Origin: Marinimicrobium sp.
GTDB lineage: Bacteria > Pseudomonadota > Gammaproteobacteria > Pseudomonadales > Cellvibrionaceae
Length of the DNA: 42,830 nt
NCBI GenBank assembly: GCA_027322215.1
Contig: DAHVRW010000001.1
Location: forward strand, 1-42,830
Direction: 5' to 3'
This document shows positions 20,363 to 31,338 of the stretch, in pieces; position 1 is the first letter of the stretch; each line of letters begins with the position of its first letter. The translations under genes were made by a program, and so were the position numbers. The notes under the pieces are model-generated. The model ran no database searches, was not told the DNA's origin, and saw only the letters and a program-made list of their open reading frames with translations.

Positions 20363-22957
20363 TTAGTCTGAAAAATATTTTGTTTCCCGGTTACCGTAGC
20401 CGGGGATCGCACGTTGCAGCATGTCGGCCACGCGCCGGTTAACGCTACCCAACCCTTTGAACTGAAGGTCCAGAACGATGCTGTCTTCCAGGTCTTCGCG
20501 GTTGACTGTTTCCAGGAAATTGGAATTGAATGTGTAATCAAAGTCTAGCCAGCGTCGGGCCAGAAGCCGCAACCGGTAGCAACAGTCGTCGTATTCGAGT
20601 CCGATAAAGGTGTCGAGTTCCTGCTTGTAGGTGATGTCGTAATGGCCTCGGCCTATCAAACTCCAGCCCCCATAGATCGGCCAATGAAAGGAGGCATCGA
20701 TCTGATTCTGACTCCGACTCAACAGCTCGCTCGGGTCCAGTCGACCGGGGGCCGGGGGCCGACGGTTGAACCGGTATGACAGGTTGAAAATCCGGTACTG
20801 GGGATCCAGATAGCGCAACCTGGCACTGGCCCACGTGTATTCGTGTTCGTACGTATCGTAGGTCACATCGGTACTCAGACTCCAGTAATCTGTGACCCGG
20901 GCGTTGATCTGCAGCGCCACGTCGGATCGGCTGCGCTCGTGCTCGGCAATCCCGCCATCGGGGTCCGGCCTTAGTTCACGCAGACCAACGCGGCGATCAT
21001 CAAAATAAAAAATTTGCCCAACGCTCAGACTCAGGTGCTCGGTACCGCTTAGAGCGTCGATGAAGCGCGTGGTCAGACCGACCGAGAGCTGGTTGGCGTC
21101 GTCAATTCTATCATTTCCGGCAAAGCGTGTGGTGCGGTAAAGCTGGTCGTAGTTAAAGGTCAGGTCCTTGGTGTCAAAGTTCACGTCGCGTCCGCCAGGC
21201 GTCACGCCAAGCAAATCGCTGTGGTCTTCGTACTCACTGTAGAAATAGAACAAACGTGGTTCGAAGGTTTGTAAATAGGGGGTGTTCAGGGCGTTGCCGT
21301 AGCGTTCGAAGAATAGACCGGTATCCACTGTAGCCTGAGGCACGACCAGTGACGGGCCGGTATCGGCACCGGCCACCAGGTTCTCGTCATCCAGATCGTA
21401 AGACAGGGTTTTAACCATGGCCCGAGGCCGGAAAAAACCCCAAAGCCAATCCTGATTCCAGGTCAAACCGTAATCCGTGCGAAGTCGCTCGCCCACGACA
21501 ATGTTTTCCAGCTGCCGCTCGGTACCGTCAAACGTTTTGCTTAAATCGAAGCGGGCGTACTCATTGTCCAGATCCAGTTGCCACTTACCCCAACGGTAGC
21601 GGCCATCGGCGTTCATCCGAGGCAGTTCCCGGTGGGGCCAGCGGGCGGACGTCAAGGAGCGCAGCTCTTCCACTCGAATACCGTAGTTCCAGTTATCACT
21701 TTGATAGCCCGCCCGAGCCATTTGCCGGACCACGGCAGAGCGGTTTACATCCAAAGAGCCGCTATCCAGATCCCGCAGGTAATCGATATCGCTCAGATCG
21801 GTGTAGTCGATCTCTGTGCTCCAGCGCTCACCTACGCCACCGGTTTGCTCAAGTTGCAGGCGCCAGCGCTCCTCACCGCGAAACGGATAGGCTTCCTCTT
21901 CCGTTATCTCATCACGGGCAATCTGGTTCTCCAGGCGGCGGTTATACCCACCTCGGTCCGAGCTGATCCAACTGGCATCCACTGTGGTTTCAAAGTAACG
22001 GGACAAGTGCCGTGCCTCGACATTCCACAAAGTGCCGCGTTTGGACATGTAGTTGGGTGTCACGGTCAGGTCATAGTTAGGCGCTATATTCCAGTAAAAC
22101 GGCACAGAGAACTCGGTGCCATCACGGCGGCTTTCCCCGATAGCCGGAAATAAGAACCCGGTTTGGCGCTCATCGCCCACCGGAAAGCGCACGTAGGGAA
22201 CATAGAATACCGGCACGTGGAACAGCTTGAGCCGGGCGTGACGAGCGGTGCCATAGTGCCGATCCGGATAGATACGGATATCGGACCCGGCCAACACCCA
22301 GTCATTGCGGCCCGGCTCACAGCGGGTAATTTCACTGCGGCTGAGTCGAAACAAATCCGTGCCGATTTTCTCCATCTGATCGGCGCTGCCACGGTAATGG
22401 GTATCGTGGAAAACAAACTCAGCGTCGTCCAGTTTCGCGTCACCCGAATTCAGGTCGACGCGGGCGTTTTGTGCTCGCACCAATACGCCGGGCTCGCGAA
22501 TAACCACATCGCCGCTGGCTTCGGCGGTGTTGGCCGCTGAGTTGTAACGCGCGCACTCGGCTTCGATACTCCGGTAACCCTGGGTAAACAGAACCCCGCC
22601 TTCCAAGGTAGTCAGCCCGTCCCGGCCCCGCTCGGCGGTATCGGAAAAAGCACGAGTTGAGGATTCATCCGGATGGTTCAGGGCGTCATCGTCGTCCCGC
22701 ACAGGGGAGATATAAGCCCCGCAGCACCCAGGGCGCAGCAGTTCCAGCTGCTCGGGGGACATGTCTTCAACGGGGACCCAGTCATAGCGGGCGTGGCTGT
22801 CTTCGGCGCTGGCAGAGAAACTGATCAGTGCGAACACCAGCACACGCAGGGCTCGGGTGCCGGTGTTGTAAGCCGAACCTGGGCTACAGCGCCGGCCCCG
22901 ACGATCAAGGCGCCGATAACCAGAATGGGCTAAGTGCATGAATAAATGTCTCGACAT
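20363..22957 (-). CDS. lptD: LPS assembly outer-membrane protein LptD; start uncertain
   Basis: RQTGFLFP, YWNIAPNYD, QTFEPRLFY, DRIDDANQLSVG and YDDCC motifs; upstream of surA. Confidence 0.95.
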   Translation of the reverse strand: MSRHLFMHLAHSGYRRLDRRGRRCSPGSAYNTGTRALRVLVFALISFSASAEDSHARYDWVPVEDMSPEQLELLRPGCCGAYISPVRDDDDALNHPDESSTRAFSDTAERGRDGLTTLEGGVLFTQGYRSIEAECARYNSAANTAEASGDVVIREPGVLVRAQNARVDLNSGDAKLDDAEFVFHDTHYRGSADQMEKIGTDLFRLSRSEITRCEPGRNDWVLAGSDIRIYPDRHYGTARHARLKLFHVPVFYVPYVRFPVGDERQTGFLFPAIGESRRDGTEFSVPFYWNIAPNYDLTVTPNYMSKRGTLWNVEARHLSRYFETTVDASWISSDRGGYNRRLENQIARDEITEEEAYPFRGEERWRLQLEQTGGVGERWSTEIDYTDLSDIDYLRDLDSGSLDVNRSAVVRQMARAGYQSDNWNYGIRVEELRSLTSARWPHRELPRMNADGRYRWGKWQLDLDNEYARFDLSKTFDGTERQLENIVVGERLRTDYGLTWNQDWLWGFFRPRAMVKTLSYDLDDENLVAGADTGPSLVVPQATVDTGLFFERYGNALNTPYLQTFEPRLFYFYSEYEDHSDLLGVTPGGRDVNFDTKDLTFNYDQLYRTTRFAGNDRIDDANQLSVGLTTRFIDALSGTEHLSLSVGQIFYFDDRRVGLRELRPDPDGGIAEHERSRSDVALQINARVTDYWSLSTDVTYDTYEHEYTWASARLRYLDPQYRIFNLSYRFNRRPPAPGRLDPSELLSRSQNQIDASFHWPIYGGWSLIGRGHYDITYKQELDTFIGLEYDDCCYRLRLLARRWLDFDYTFNSNFLETVNREDLEDSIVLDLQFKGLGSVNRRVADMLQRAIPGYGNRETKYFSD

Positions 22958-23228
22958 TCTCGGCTCCGGCTGCCGCAACATTGGCTGCGCGGAGTTGGCA
23001 GACCTCTATTGGCCGCTCGCTCGAACTTGGCTGCCTGCTCGAACTTGCTCGAAGTTTTGCTCCAAATCGGGCCAGCGCGCGTAAAGGCAGGGATTCTACT
23101 TGAATATCCCTTGGCTTGGAATGAACTTACACTGAAGCCCTGGCCACCAGATTTTGACTTTTACCTGCTCTGCCGAGGTAGAATCCGTTGTCTTTCATCG
23201 TTTATGCAACCAGAGCGGCGGAGTAACC

Positions 23229-24320
23229 ATGGCCGAGCAGCACTCACAGCAGCTGAATTCCTCTACGGAGCGGCCCGCGGCCTTTAAGGCCTGGGTACAT
23301 GAGCAATTAAAAACGCTGCGCCCCGATGCCCCCATCGCCGAGCTGGTGCTGACTCCACTGCGCAGCGATGCCGGGTTTCGACAGTATTATCGTCTGAACA
23401 CAGAGCCCTCCATGCTCGCCGTAGATGCCCCACCCAGCCATGAAAACAGTGAGCAATTCGTCAAGCTCGTGCGCTATTTACGTCCTCAGGGCATTGATGT
23501 GCCGGCAGTCGTAGCGGCGGACATCGAGCGCGGATTCTTACTGATCCAGGATTTTGGTGATCGGCTGCTGCAACACGAACTGGAAAGCTCACCGGACTCA
23601 GCCCCTGTGCTTTATGGCGAAGCCCTGTTTCAACTGCTGGCACTGCAACAAAGCCCCGATGCGCAGCAGGTGCTGGAACCCTACGACCGGAAGGCGCTGG
23701 CCGATGAGCTGGCGCTGTTTCCAGATTGGTTTATAACGCAGTTGCTGCAGTACCGGCTCAACGATGCTGAACGAGAGCAGCTGCAAGCGGTATTTGCCCA
23801 GCTGGAAAACAGCGCCCTGGAGCAGCCTCAAGTTCTGGTACACCGGGATTATCACTCCCGTAACCTACTGCTACGGACCAGTGGCCGCATGGGCATTGTG
23901 GATTTTCAGGACGCGCTCTGGGGGCCGATCACCTATGACGTCGTATCTTTGTTGCGAGACTGCTACCTGCGCTGGCCCGACGAGCAGGTGCGACAATGGG
24001 CCCTGGGCTACGGCAATATGGCGGCCGACGCGGGTTTACTGGCGGATGTGGACGAATTGCGCTATCTGCGCTGGTTTGACTGGATGGGATTGCAGCGGCA
24101 CTTGAAGGTTTTGGGCGTTTTTTCCCGCCTGTCATTGCGCGACGGCAAGCATCACTATTTGGCCGACCTGCCATTGGTAATCCGCTATGTGCTGGAAGTC
24201 TCTCAGCGCTACCCAGAACTGGCGGAATTCGCTCAATGGTTTGAACAACAACTGCTGCCTCTGGCCGAGCAGCAACCTTGGTACCACGACTACCGCCGTG
24301 CCGGAGATCGCCCCGCGTGA
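23229..24320 (+). CDS. amgK: MurNAc/GlcNAc anomeric kinase (aminoglycoside phosphotransferase fold)
   Basis: DAGFRQYYR, HRDYHSRNL, DFQDA and QRHLKVLG motifs; divergent from lptD and coupled to murU. Confidence 0.9.
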   Translation: MAEQHSQQLNSSTERPAAFKAWVHEQLKTLRPDAPIAELVLTPLRSDAGFRQYYRLNTEPSMLAVDAPPSHENSEQFVKLVRYLRPQGIDVPAVVAADIERGFLLIQDFGDRLLQHELESSPDSAPVLYGEALFQLLALQQSPDAQQVLEPYDRKALADELALFPDWFITQLLQYRLNDAEREQLQAVFAQLENSALEQPQVLVHRDYHSRNLLLRTSGRMGIVDFQDALWGPITYDVVSLLRDCYLRWPDEQVRQWALGYGNMAADAGLLADVDELRYLRWFDWMGLQRHLKVLGVFSRLSLRDGKHHYLADLPLVIRYVLEVSQRYPELAEFAQWFEQQLLPLAEQQPWYHDYRRAGDRPA

Positions 24321-25015
24321 AAGCCATGATACTGGCTGCCGGTCTGGGCAAGCGCATGCGCCCGCTCACGGATCACACCCCCAAACCGCTGCTCTGCGTA
24401 AGGGGCAAACCGTTGCTCCAATATCACCTGGAAGCCCTGGCTGAAGCCGGGGTGAGCGACGTTATCATCAACCTGGCTTATCTGGGCGAGCAGATCCGTG
24501 ACTTTGTGGGCAGCGGCCAGCGCTTCGGCTTGCGGGTAACTTACTCGCCGGAACCCGAACCTCTGGAAACGGGCGGCGCCATCGCCCATGCCTTACCTTT
24601 ACTGGGGGAGGCGCCGTTTTTGCTAATTAATGCGGATGTGTGGTGCGACTACCCACTCATACAACTGGCGAGCACGCCACTGGCCGCCGGGTGTTTAGGC
24701 CGACTGCTGTTGGTCCCCAACCCCGACTTTCATCCCGAGGGAGATTTTACGCTGACGGAAAACGGCACCTTGGCTGACGGCCCACCCCAAACACCTGAGC
24801 AGCAGCGCTTAACCTTTGCTGGTATCAGCCTGTTGCGCCCCGCTCTGGTGGCAGATTATCCCCATCGACGCCACCGGTTTCCGCTTTTGGAAGCATTTAA
24901 GGCCGCCATCTCGCAACAGCGCCTGCAAGGCGAGCTATACTCTGGCGCTTGGAGTGACGTGGGCACGCCGCAGCGGTTACAGGTGTTGAACGAGCCGCTC
25001 CCGCACCATTCGTAA
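24317..25015 (+). CDS. murU: MurNAc alpha-1-phosphate uridylyltransferase
   Basis: KAMILAAGLGKRMRPLT..PKPL, ETGG and WSDVGT; GTGA overlap with the amgK stop. Confidence 0.92.
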   Translation: MKAMILAAGLGKRMRPLTDHTPKPLLCVRGKPLLQYHLEALAEAGVSDVIINLAYLGEQIRDFVGSGQRFGLRVTYSPEPEPLETGGAIAHALPLLGEAPFLLINADVWCDYPLIQLASTPLAAGCLGRLLLVPNPDFHPEGDFTLTENGTLADGPPQTPEQQRLTFAGISLLRPALVADYPHRRHRFPLLEAFKAAISQQRLQGELYSGAWSDVGTPQRLQVLNEPLPHHS

Positions 25016-25072
25016 GTCATAAGCCCGATACGAGTCTTATCCCGAGTTTTTACCCTGCGCCTGGAGCAAGCC

Positions 25073-25786
25073 GTGACTCGCCGCCTCTTCTGCATCGCCC
25101 ACCGGGGCGGACCCGGTCCCGAAAACAGCCTGGAAGCCATCAACGCCAGCCTTGCACTAGGCGTGGATGCCATTGAAATTGACCTCTGGTACGCCGGCGG
25201 CGAGCTGCTGGTCACCCATGATCGCCGCCTGGGCCGACAGATATCTGGACAGGGGACGCTGCTGGACTTGCCCCGCGATCACCTGCGCGCCTTGCGCCTG
25301 AAAAACGGGGAAGCTATTCCCACGCTTGAAGACGTTCTGCGCACCGTCGGGGAGCGGGTGTTGCTGAATATCGAAATCAAAGGCCCCGACTGCGCGGCAC
25401 CACTGACCGAAGCCCTGCTGGCACATTGCCATGACAACGGCGGACGGCTGGAGCAGTACCTGGTGTCCAGCTTCGATCACCAGCAACTGCATGACATGAT
25501 GCAGAGACTGCCACAGCTGAAACGGGGCGTTCTGGTTGCGGGCATTCCGTTGGATTATGCGGGCTGTTGTGAGGCGCTCAACGCCTACGCGTTCAACTGC
25601 AGCATCGACTTTCTCAGCCCCGCTCTGGTGGCGGACACCCACCGGCGCGGCTTGAAAAGCTGGGTGTACACCGCCAACCATCCAGACGAATGGCGTCAGC
25701 TCTGCGCCCTGGGCGTCGACGGTGTATTTACCGACCGTCCCGAACAATTGCTGGAGTTCAACGCCGACCCTGACACGTCGGCGTAA
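25073..25786 (+). CDS. Glycerophosphodiester phosphodiesterase family protein
   Basis: IAHRG, PENSL, EID, HD, NIEIK, SSF and GVDGVFTD motifs. Confidence 0.92.
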   Translation: MTRRLFCIAHRGGPGPENSLEAINASLALGVDAIEIDLWYAGGELLVTHDRRLGRQISGQGTLLDLPRDHLRALRLKNGEAIPTLEDVLRTVGERVLLNIEIKGPDCAAPLTEALLAHCHDNGGRLEQYLVSSFDHQQLHDMMQRLPQLKRGVLVAGIPLDYAGCCEALNAYAFNCSIDFLSPALVADTHRRGLKSWVYTANHPDEWRQLCALGVDGVFTDRPEQLLEFNADPDTSA

Positions 25787-25835
25787 ACCTCGGTTTAAAA
25801 GCAGGCGATGAACAACTCACAACACAACCGTCCGG

Positions 25836-26747
25836 TTATTTTCGCGTCGGCCGCACCCAGCGAAACCGGAGTTTAAGACCCAGCCAGCGCTTCAAATCCA
25901 GATAAACCAACAGAGCCACAATCACGAGCATCGTCCCCACAAGCAGCGAGGCGGTGAGCTGCTCCTTCGCCACCAGCGCGCCAATAAACAACGCAAGCAC
26001 TGGCGTGATCAGCGTGATCAACGACACTGAGCTGGGCGACAAATGATTAAGCACATAGTAAAACAGCGTGAACCCCAACACCGATCCACACACCGCCAGA
26101 TAAATAAGTGCCCAGAGCGCTCGTTCCGACATAGGCCCTGGCCACTCGCCATCCCACCACCACCAAGTCAACAGCAATCCAGGCAGGGAAAACAGCAGTG
26201 CACCGGCGGTTTGCCGGAAGGCATCCGTGCCCTCATTTAGGCGCTTCAAGGTGACGCTACTGGTGCCAAACAGCACGCATGACAACAACAGGCCGCAGAT
26301 GCCATAAACTGATCGCACATCAACTTGCAGTTGCCCGCGGAAAATAATCACCAAACCCACCAAGGCAATCAGCAGGGCCAATACTTTAAGTCGGTTGAAG
26401 GGATTCTCCCGCAAAATAACCATCGACAGCAGGCCGGTGACGAACGGTGACAACGCAAAAATCACGGCCATCAACCCCGAAGGCACAAACTGCGCGGACC
26501 AATACACTAAGGGCATATTGGGGAAAATGCCCAGTGAGGCGACCAGATATACCTTCCAGACGCCCGGTCGAGTGAACAAAGCACCGCGACGCAGCCACAC
26601 CAATACCGCCAGCGCCACGGCCAGAGCCAGGCTCATACGCAGTGTTACCGAGGCTATAAAGGACACGCTGTCGCTGCTCCATTGAATGGCCAACGGAGTG
26701 GTGGACCAAATCAGCACCACCAAAATATACGCCAGATAAATCTGCAC
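25836..26747 (-). CDS. DMT/EamA family transporter (10 TM)
   Basis: LIWSTT, two EamA repeats, TPVLAL; GTG start after AGGAG. Confidence 0.9.
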   Translation of the reverse strand: MQIYLAYILVVLIWSTTPLAIQWSSDSVSFIASVTLRMSLALAVALAVLVWLRRGALFTRPGVWKVYLVASLGIFPNMPLVYWSAQFVPSGLMAVIFALSPFVTGLLSMVILRENPFNRLKVLALLIALVGLVIIFRGQLQVDVRSVYGICGLLLSCVLFGTSSVTLKRLNEGTDAFRQTAGALLFSLPGLLLTWWWWDGEWPGPMSERALWALIYLAVCGSVLGFTLFYYVLNHLSPSSVSLITLITPVLALFIGALVAKEQLTASLLVGTMLVIVALLVYLDLKRWLGLKLRFRWVRPTRK

Positions 26748-26805
26748 GGGACGCTCCTGTGTCGTGCAACAAACTCCCGGGCTTTTTATTTTTAACACAA
26801 GGAGG

Positions 26806-26840
26806 AAATAAAAAAGCCGCAGAGTAGGCTGCGGCTTTTT
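26806..26840 (-). terminator. Intrinsic terminator/attenuator in the 5' leader of the EamA gene
   Basis: AAAAAGCCGCAG-cctact-CTGCGGCTTTTTTATTT on minus; lies between divergent genes, so it ends no annotated CDS. Confidence 0.8.
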
Positions 26841-26870
26841 GAGGAAAAAACGGTGTTAACTCTATCGTTT

Positions 26871-26972
26871 CTATCGCCCCTCCGCCGCAAACGCGCGTAC
26901 GCGCACCACACGCCACATTGGGCGTAGCGCGTGCACCACAGAGTTTGCGATCAGAGCCAGAGTAAGGGCCAT
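26871..26972 (-). CDS. Putative leader peptide MALTLALIANSVVHALRPMWRVVRVRAFAAEGR (33 aa)
   Basis: ATG..TAG ending 30 nt before the attenuator hairpin; contains TGCGGC complementary to the terminator 5' arm; RBS is weak. Confidence 0.5.
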   Translation of the reverse strand: MALTLALIANSVVHALRPMWRVVRVRAFAAEGR

Positions 26973-27187
26973 TTACTTAATCCAATACGAAATACAGTGG
27001 GTAGACTGTGCTACCGGACCCGGCGCGCGCAGTTAAAGACACGCTGGTCGTCCACGGGGTCCAAAGGGACAGGCTCTACTGTAATTCAAGCCTTGATATC
27101 GCACAAGAAGCCAGCGGAATTATTTTGTGTCAATATGAGCCCTGTTCATCCACTCCCCATCCACTTGAAGGAACCAAGCTAACCGGC

Positions 27188-28432
27188 ATGAAAATCTATC
27201 TCGTAGGCGGTGCCGTACGCGACAAACTTCTGGGCTACCCGCACCACGAACACGACTGGGTGGTGGTGGGCGCGCGCCCAAATGAGTTGGAAGCAAAAGG
27301 ATTTGTTCCCGTCGGCAAAGACTTTCCCGTATTTCTGCATCCAGAGACCAAAGAAGAATATGCTCTGGCGCGCACCGAACGAAAAACCGGGTCCGGCTAC
27401 ACAGGGTTTCTGTTTCACAGCGCACCGGATGTGACACTGGAAGAAGATCTGCGCCGCCGCGACCTGACCATCAACGCCATGGCCGAAGACGAGCACGGAC
27501 AGTTGGTGGACCCCTACGGCGGCCGTGAGGACTTACAACGCAAACTGTTGCGTCATGTCTCCCCCGCCTTTGTGGAAGACCCGGTGCGGGTATTACGAGT
27601 GGCTCGTTTCGCGGCGCGTTACCATCATTTGGGTTTTCGCATCGCCCCCGAAACCCTGGCACTGATGAAAGAGCTGGTGCAAAACGGCGAAGTGGATCAC
27701 CTGGTGGCCGAGCGTATTTGGAAAGAAACCGAGCGAGCCTTGCTGGAGCGTTCGCCACACATTTTTATTACCAGCTTGCGTGAATGCGGCGCCCTGGGTC
27801 GCATCATGCCGGAATTGGACGCACTGTTCGGCGTGCCGCAGCCGCCCGAGCACCACCCCGAAATTGATACTGGCGAGCACTGCCTGCTGGTTTTGCAACA
27901 GGCGGCCGCGCTGAGTGAGTCGGCGTCGGTACGCTTTGCCGCGCTGGTGCACGATCTGGGCAAGGGCATCACGCCCCCATCTCAATGGCCCCGCCACATC
28001 GGTCATGAAAAACGCGGCCTGCCGCTACTGGCCCAATTGTGTGAGCGTTTAGCGGTACCAAAAGAACATCGGGAACTGGCGCGGCTCGCCACGGAATTCC
28101 ATACCCACTGCCACCGCGCCCAAGAGCTGAAACCGAGCACCGTGCTCAAGCTGTTAAAAAGCACCGACGCGTTTCGCCGGCCCGAGCGCTTCGAGGAATT
28201 TTTATTGTGCTGCGAGGCCGATGCCCGGGGGCGCACCGGCTTTGAAAACCGCTCTTACCCTCAGGCGGACTACCTGCGCGCGGCGCTAACAGCTTGTCTG
28301 AGCATCGACAATCGCGACATAGCCGCTCAGGGAGTCACCGGAAAAGCGTTTGGGCGAGCGCTGGATCAGGAACGTCTGAGCCGTTTACATACCGTTAAAT
28401 CCGAATTTTTTGGCGATAGCGCGCCGGGCTAG
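27188..28432 (+). CDS. cca: Multifunctional CCA-adding enzyme with HD domain
   Basis: [32 protein letters not shown] and HDLGK motifs. Confidence 0.97.
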   Translation: MKIYLVGGAVRDKLLGYPHHEHDWVVVGARPNELEAKGFVPVGKDFPVFLHPETKEEYALARTERKTGSGYTGFLFHSAPDVTLEEDLRRRDLTINAMAEDEHGQLVDPYGGREDLQRKLLRHVSPAFVEDPVRVLRVARFAARYHHLGFRIAPETLALMKELVQNGEVDHLVAERIWKETERALLERSPHIFITSLRECGALGRIMPELDALFGVPQPPEHHPEIDTGEHCLLVLQQAAALSESASVRFAALVHDLGKGITPPSQWPRHIGHEKRGLPLLAQLCERLAVPKEHRELARLATEFHTHCHRAQELKPSTVLKLLKSTDAFRRPERFEEFLLCCEADARGRTGFENRSYPQADYLRAALTACLSIDNRDIAAQGVTGKAFGRALDQERLSRLHTVKSEFFGDSAPG

Positions 28433-28461
28433 CCCGGCGTTTTAACACAAGGTAAGTCCCT

Positions 28462-29205
28462 ATGAGTCAAACATCTCCGGTAGCACTGATTACCGGTGCC
28501 GGCCGCCGGATTGGCGCCCATGTGGCCCGAGCCCTCCACGCGGCGGGGCATCGGGTGATTGTGCATTACCACCGCTCCGCCGACGACGCCAACACTTTGG
28601 TGGGCGAGCTTAACGACACGCGCCCCGATTCCGCCTTGGCCTTGTCGGCAGACCTGGCTGATATTACGCAGCTCAACACCCTCGCTCAGCGCGCCTTGGC
28701 TCATTGGCAGCGTCTGGATGTACTGATCAATAACGCGTCGAGTTTTTATCCCACGCCCCTAGGCACGGCCGACGTTGCTCAGTGGGATGATTTGATGGGC
28801 AGCAATTTGAAAGCGCCTTTTTTTCTCGCTCAGGCGTTGATGGAACCCTTGCGCCGGGCACAGGGGTGCATCGTCAACATGGTGGATATTTACGCGCAGC
28901 GGCCGCTGAAGGATCACCCCATTTACGCGGCCGCCAAGGCTGGTCATGTGATGTTGACCAAAGCTCTGGCGCTGGAACTGGCGCCCGATGTGCGCGTCAA
29001 CGCCGTGGCACCGGGGGCCATTTTATGGCCTGAGCAGGAGGGTTCTCTCGCCGAGGACAACCGCCAGAGCATCCTTCAGCGGGTGCCTATGAAACGCCGC
29101 GGTGAGCCGGAGGATATTGCCAGCACGATATTATTTTTGATCTCTGGCTCCCCCTATATTACCGGGCAGATAATCACTGTGGACGGCGGGCGCAGTATCA
29201 CCTAA
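28462..29205 (+). CDS. folM: Pteridine/dihydromonapterin reductase (SDR)
   Basis: TGAGRRIG, NNAS and YAAAK motifs; next to folK and folB. Confidence 0.82.
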   Translation: MSQTSPVALITGAGRRIGAHVARALHAAGHRVIVHYHRSADDANTLVGELNDTRPDSALALSADLADITQLNTLAQRALAHWQRLDVLINNASSFYPTPLGTADVAQWDDLMGSNLKAPFFLAQALMEPLRRAQGCIVNMVDIYAQRPLKDHPIYAAAKAGHVMLTKALALELAPDVRVNAVAPGAILWPEQEGSLAEDNRQSILQRVPMKRRGEPEDIASTILFLISGSPYITGQIITVDGGRSIT

Positions 29206-29231
29206 ACCCAGAGCCTCTGGGGCGGGCTGAA

Positions 29232-29732
29232 TTAACCGGCATCTGGCCAGTGAAACTCCACCGGCCAAAGCCGCTGGGCCGAGGTGTCGTAACGACGCCA
29301 CAGCTCAGCGTAGGAAATCTGTAACTCAGGGTGCAGTTGAGTGGGCGCGATCTCGGCTAGAGGCTGTAGTACAAAGGCGTTGTCAACGATCTCTGGTCTG
29401 GGCAAACGTATGCCCGCGTGTACGCCCACACAGTCATCATAGGTCAGGATATCGATGTCCAAAGTCCGGGCGCTGAACTTTGGCGCGCTACGTTCGCGCC
29501 CGTGCTCCGCCTCGATACGTTTCAGACATTCGGACAGTTGCGCCACGCTTAAATCAGTAACAATCCCTACCACTAGATTCAGGAAATTATCACCGTTGAA
29601 GCCCACCGCCTCACTTTCAAAAACGGTGGATACGGTCATTGGGCCAAACCGGTCCGCCAACGCATTCAGGCCTGCCTTTATATGGTGATACCGGTCGATG
29701 TTACTGCCCAGGCTCAGGTAAACGGCGCTCAT
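29232..29732 (-). CDS. folK: 6-hydroxymethyl-7,8-dihydropterin pyrophosphokinase
   Basis: YLSLGSN, FLN, RTLDIDIL and FVLQPLAEI motifs. Confidence 0.93.
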   Translation of the reverse strand: MSAVYLSLGSNIDRYHHIKAGLNALADRFGPMTVSTVFESEAVGFNGDNFLNLVVGIVTDLSVAQLSECLKRIEAEHGRERSAPKFSARTLDIDILTYDDCVGVHAGIRLPRPEIVDNAFVLQPLAEIAPTQLHPELQISYAELWRRYDTSAQRLWPVEFHWPDAG

Positions 29733-30088
29733 TCGGGCTTGCTCCCCCGTTCAATAATCAAACCCACATCCTTGGCACCGCGCACAGCTCCCGGCTTGCT
29801 CAGCCGAAGACGCAGCCAGGGCACCGGGAATTCCTCTAGCACCAGTGCCGCCACTTCTTCCGCCAGCGATTCCACCAACAAGGCGTGGCGACTTTCCACA
29901 TAGTCAATCAGGCGTTTGGTCACCGCTTTATAATTCAGTGCGTGGGCGATATCGTCAGTACGTGCGGCGGTTGTTATGTCGGTGGCCATTTCCAGGTCCA
30001 GGCTGACCGTTTGTTTAACCTCGCGTTCCCAATCGTATATGCCGATTATGGTTTCGATGCGAAGGTCTTTGATGTACACAATATCCAT
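29729..30088 (-). CDS. folB: Dihydroneopterin aldolase
   Basis: IGIYDWER, LNY, LVE and KPGAV motifs. Confidence 0.96.
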   Translation of the reverse strand: MDIVYIKDLRIETIIGIYDWEREVKQTVSLDLEMATDITTAARTDDIAHALNYKAVTKRLIDYVESRHALLVESLAEEVAALVLEEFPVPWLRLRLSKPGAVRGAKDVGLIIERGSKPE

Positions 30089-30195
30089 GGTGGTGTCCGG
30101 TAACAGCTTTCTATCAGTATTCAGTAAGAATGGTTATTCGCTGGATTCTTTCATGGGCTCAGGGTTGCCTATCCGCTCAGGGCTTATTTAGGCGC

Positions 30196-31233
30196 TCAAG
30201 ACCTATTTATCCGCTCAAGGCTGTCCAGAGGCCAGCGGGCGCGCACGGTTACGCCCAGGGGCTCGCGCTGACCCGCCAAGAGACGTTGGCATCCCGCGTA
30301 GGCGATCATGGCCCCATTGTCGGTGCAAAACTCGTGACGGGCATAGAACACTTCCGCACCGATTTTCTCCAGGGCTGAGCGCAGCTCCGCGCGCAGTTGG
30401 GTATTCGCCGATACGCCCCCGGCGATGACCAGTGTGCGCATGCCCGTCTGCTCCAACGCTCGGCGACACTTAATCACAAGGGTGGACACCACGGCGGTCT
30501 GAAATGCCAGTGCAATGTCGGCGCAAGTTTGTTCATCCGGAAGCCCATCGGCGCCCGCGTGCTCGGCAACCGTGTTCAGCGTGTGGGTTTTCAAACCGCT
30601 GAAGCTAAAGTCCAGCCCGGGCCTATCCACCATCGGACGAGGAAAGGTGAAGCGTCCCGGCTGGCCGCGCTCCGCCAGTTTGGCAATATGCGGGCCGCCG
30701 GGGTAATCCAGGTCGAGCATCTTGGCCGCTTTGTCAAAGGCCTCGCCCGCCGCGTCGTCAAGGCTTTCGCCCAACAGGGTGTAATCGCCAAGGCTCTGCA
30801 CGGCGACCAGTTGCGTGTGCCCACCGGACACCAGCAACGCCACAAACGGAAACTCCGGCGGATGCGCCTCCAACATGGGGGCGAGCAGATGCCCTTCCAT
30901 ATGGTGAACCCCCAAGGCCGGGATCTGCCATCCGTAGGCCAGCGCCCGCCCCACCGACGCCCCCACCATTAACGCGCCGATTAAACCGGGGCCGGCCGTA
31001 TAGGCAATGCCATCCAGTTGCGCGGGACTGGTCTGCGCCTGGGCCATGACTTGGTCAATCAGCGGGAGGATTTTCCTCACATGGTCTCGGGAAGCCAGCT
31101 CCGGTACCACTCCGCCATACTCAGCGTGCACCGCAACCTGACTGTACAAGGCATGCGCCAACAAGCCCTGTTCATGATCATAAACCGCAATGCCGGTTTC
31201 ATCACAAGACGTTTCAATGCCTAAAACACGCAT
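30196..31233 (-). CDS. tsaD: tRNA N6-threonylcarbamoyladenosine transferase
   Basis: [31 protein letters not shown] and CTDNGAMI; start set at ATG 31233. Confidence 0.97.
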   Translation of the reverse strand: MRVLGIETSCDETGIAVYDHEQGLLAHALYSQVAVHAEYGGVVPELASRDHVRKILPLIDQVMAQAQTSPAQLDGIAYTAGPGLIGALMVGASVGRALAYGWQIPALGVHHMEGHLLAPMLEAHPPEFPFVALLVSGGHTQLVAVQSLGDYTLLGESLDDAAGEAFDKAAKMLDLDYPGGPHIAKLAERGQPGRFTFPRPMVDRPGLDFSFSGLKTHTLNTVAEHAGADGLPDEQTCADIALAFQTAVVSTLVIKCRRALEQTGMRTLVIAGGVSANTQLRAELRSALEKIGAEVFYARHEFCTDNGAMIAYAGCQRLLAGQREPLGVTVRARWPLDSLERINRS

Positions 31234-31325
31234 TCTTAACAACTCATAAAATACATGCATCTATGATATAGATCTGTCGCCCCAGGAGCCAATCAGTTTG
31301 AGGCTCCGGTCAACTTTCTTTCTAT

Positions 31326-31338
31326 TATCAACCAGTTA
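31326..31338 (+). promoter_or_regulatory. IHF consensus match
   Basis: TATCAACCAGTTA matches WATCAANNNNTTR and has an AT-rich 5' flank. Confidence 0.45.

Noticed and set aside
23019-23150. GAACTT copies as sigmaE/AlgU promoters for lptD or amgK
   Set aside because: Wrong strand for lptD, and no TCNRA-type -10 at 16-17 nt spacing
26386-26916. 176-aa ORF with CGAR repeats as a Cys-sensing leader
   Set aside because: No RBS, and it runs through the terminator far into the EamA gene out of frame; the 33-codon frame fits attenuator geometry better, though this frame is not fully excluded
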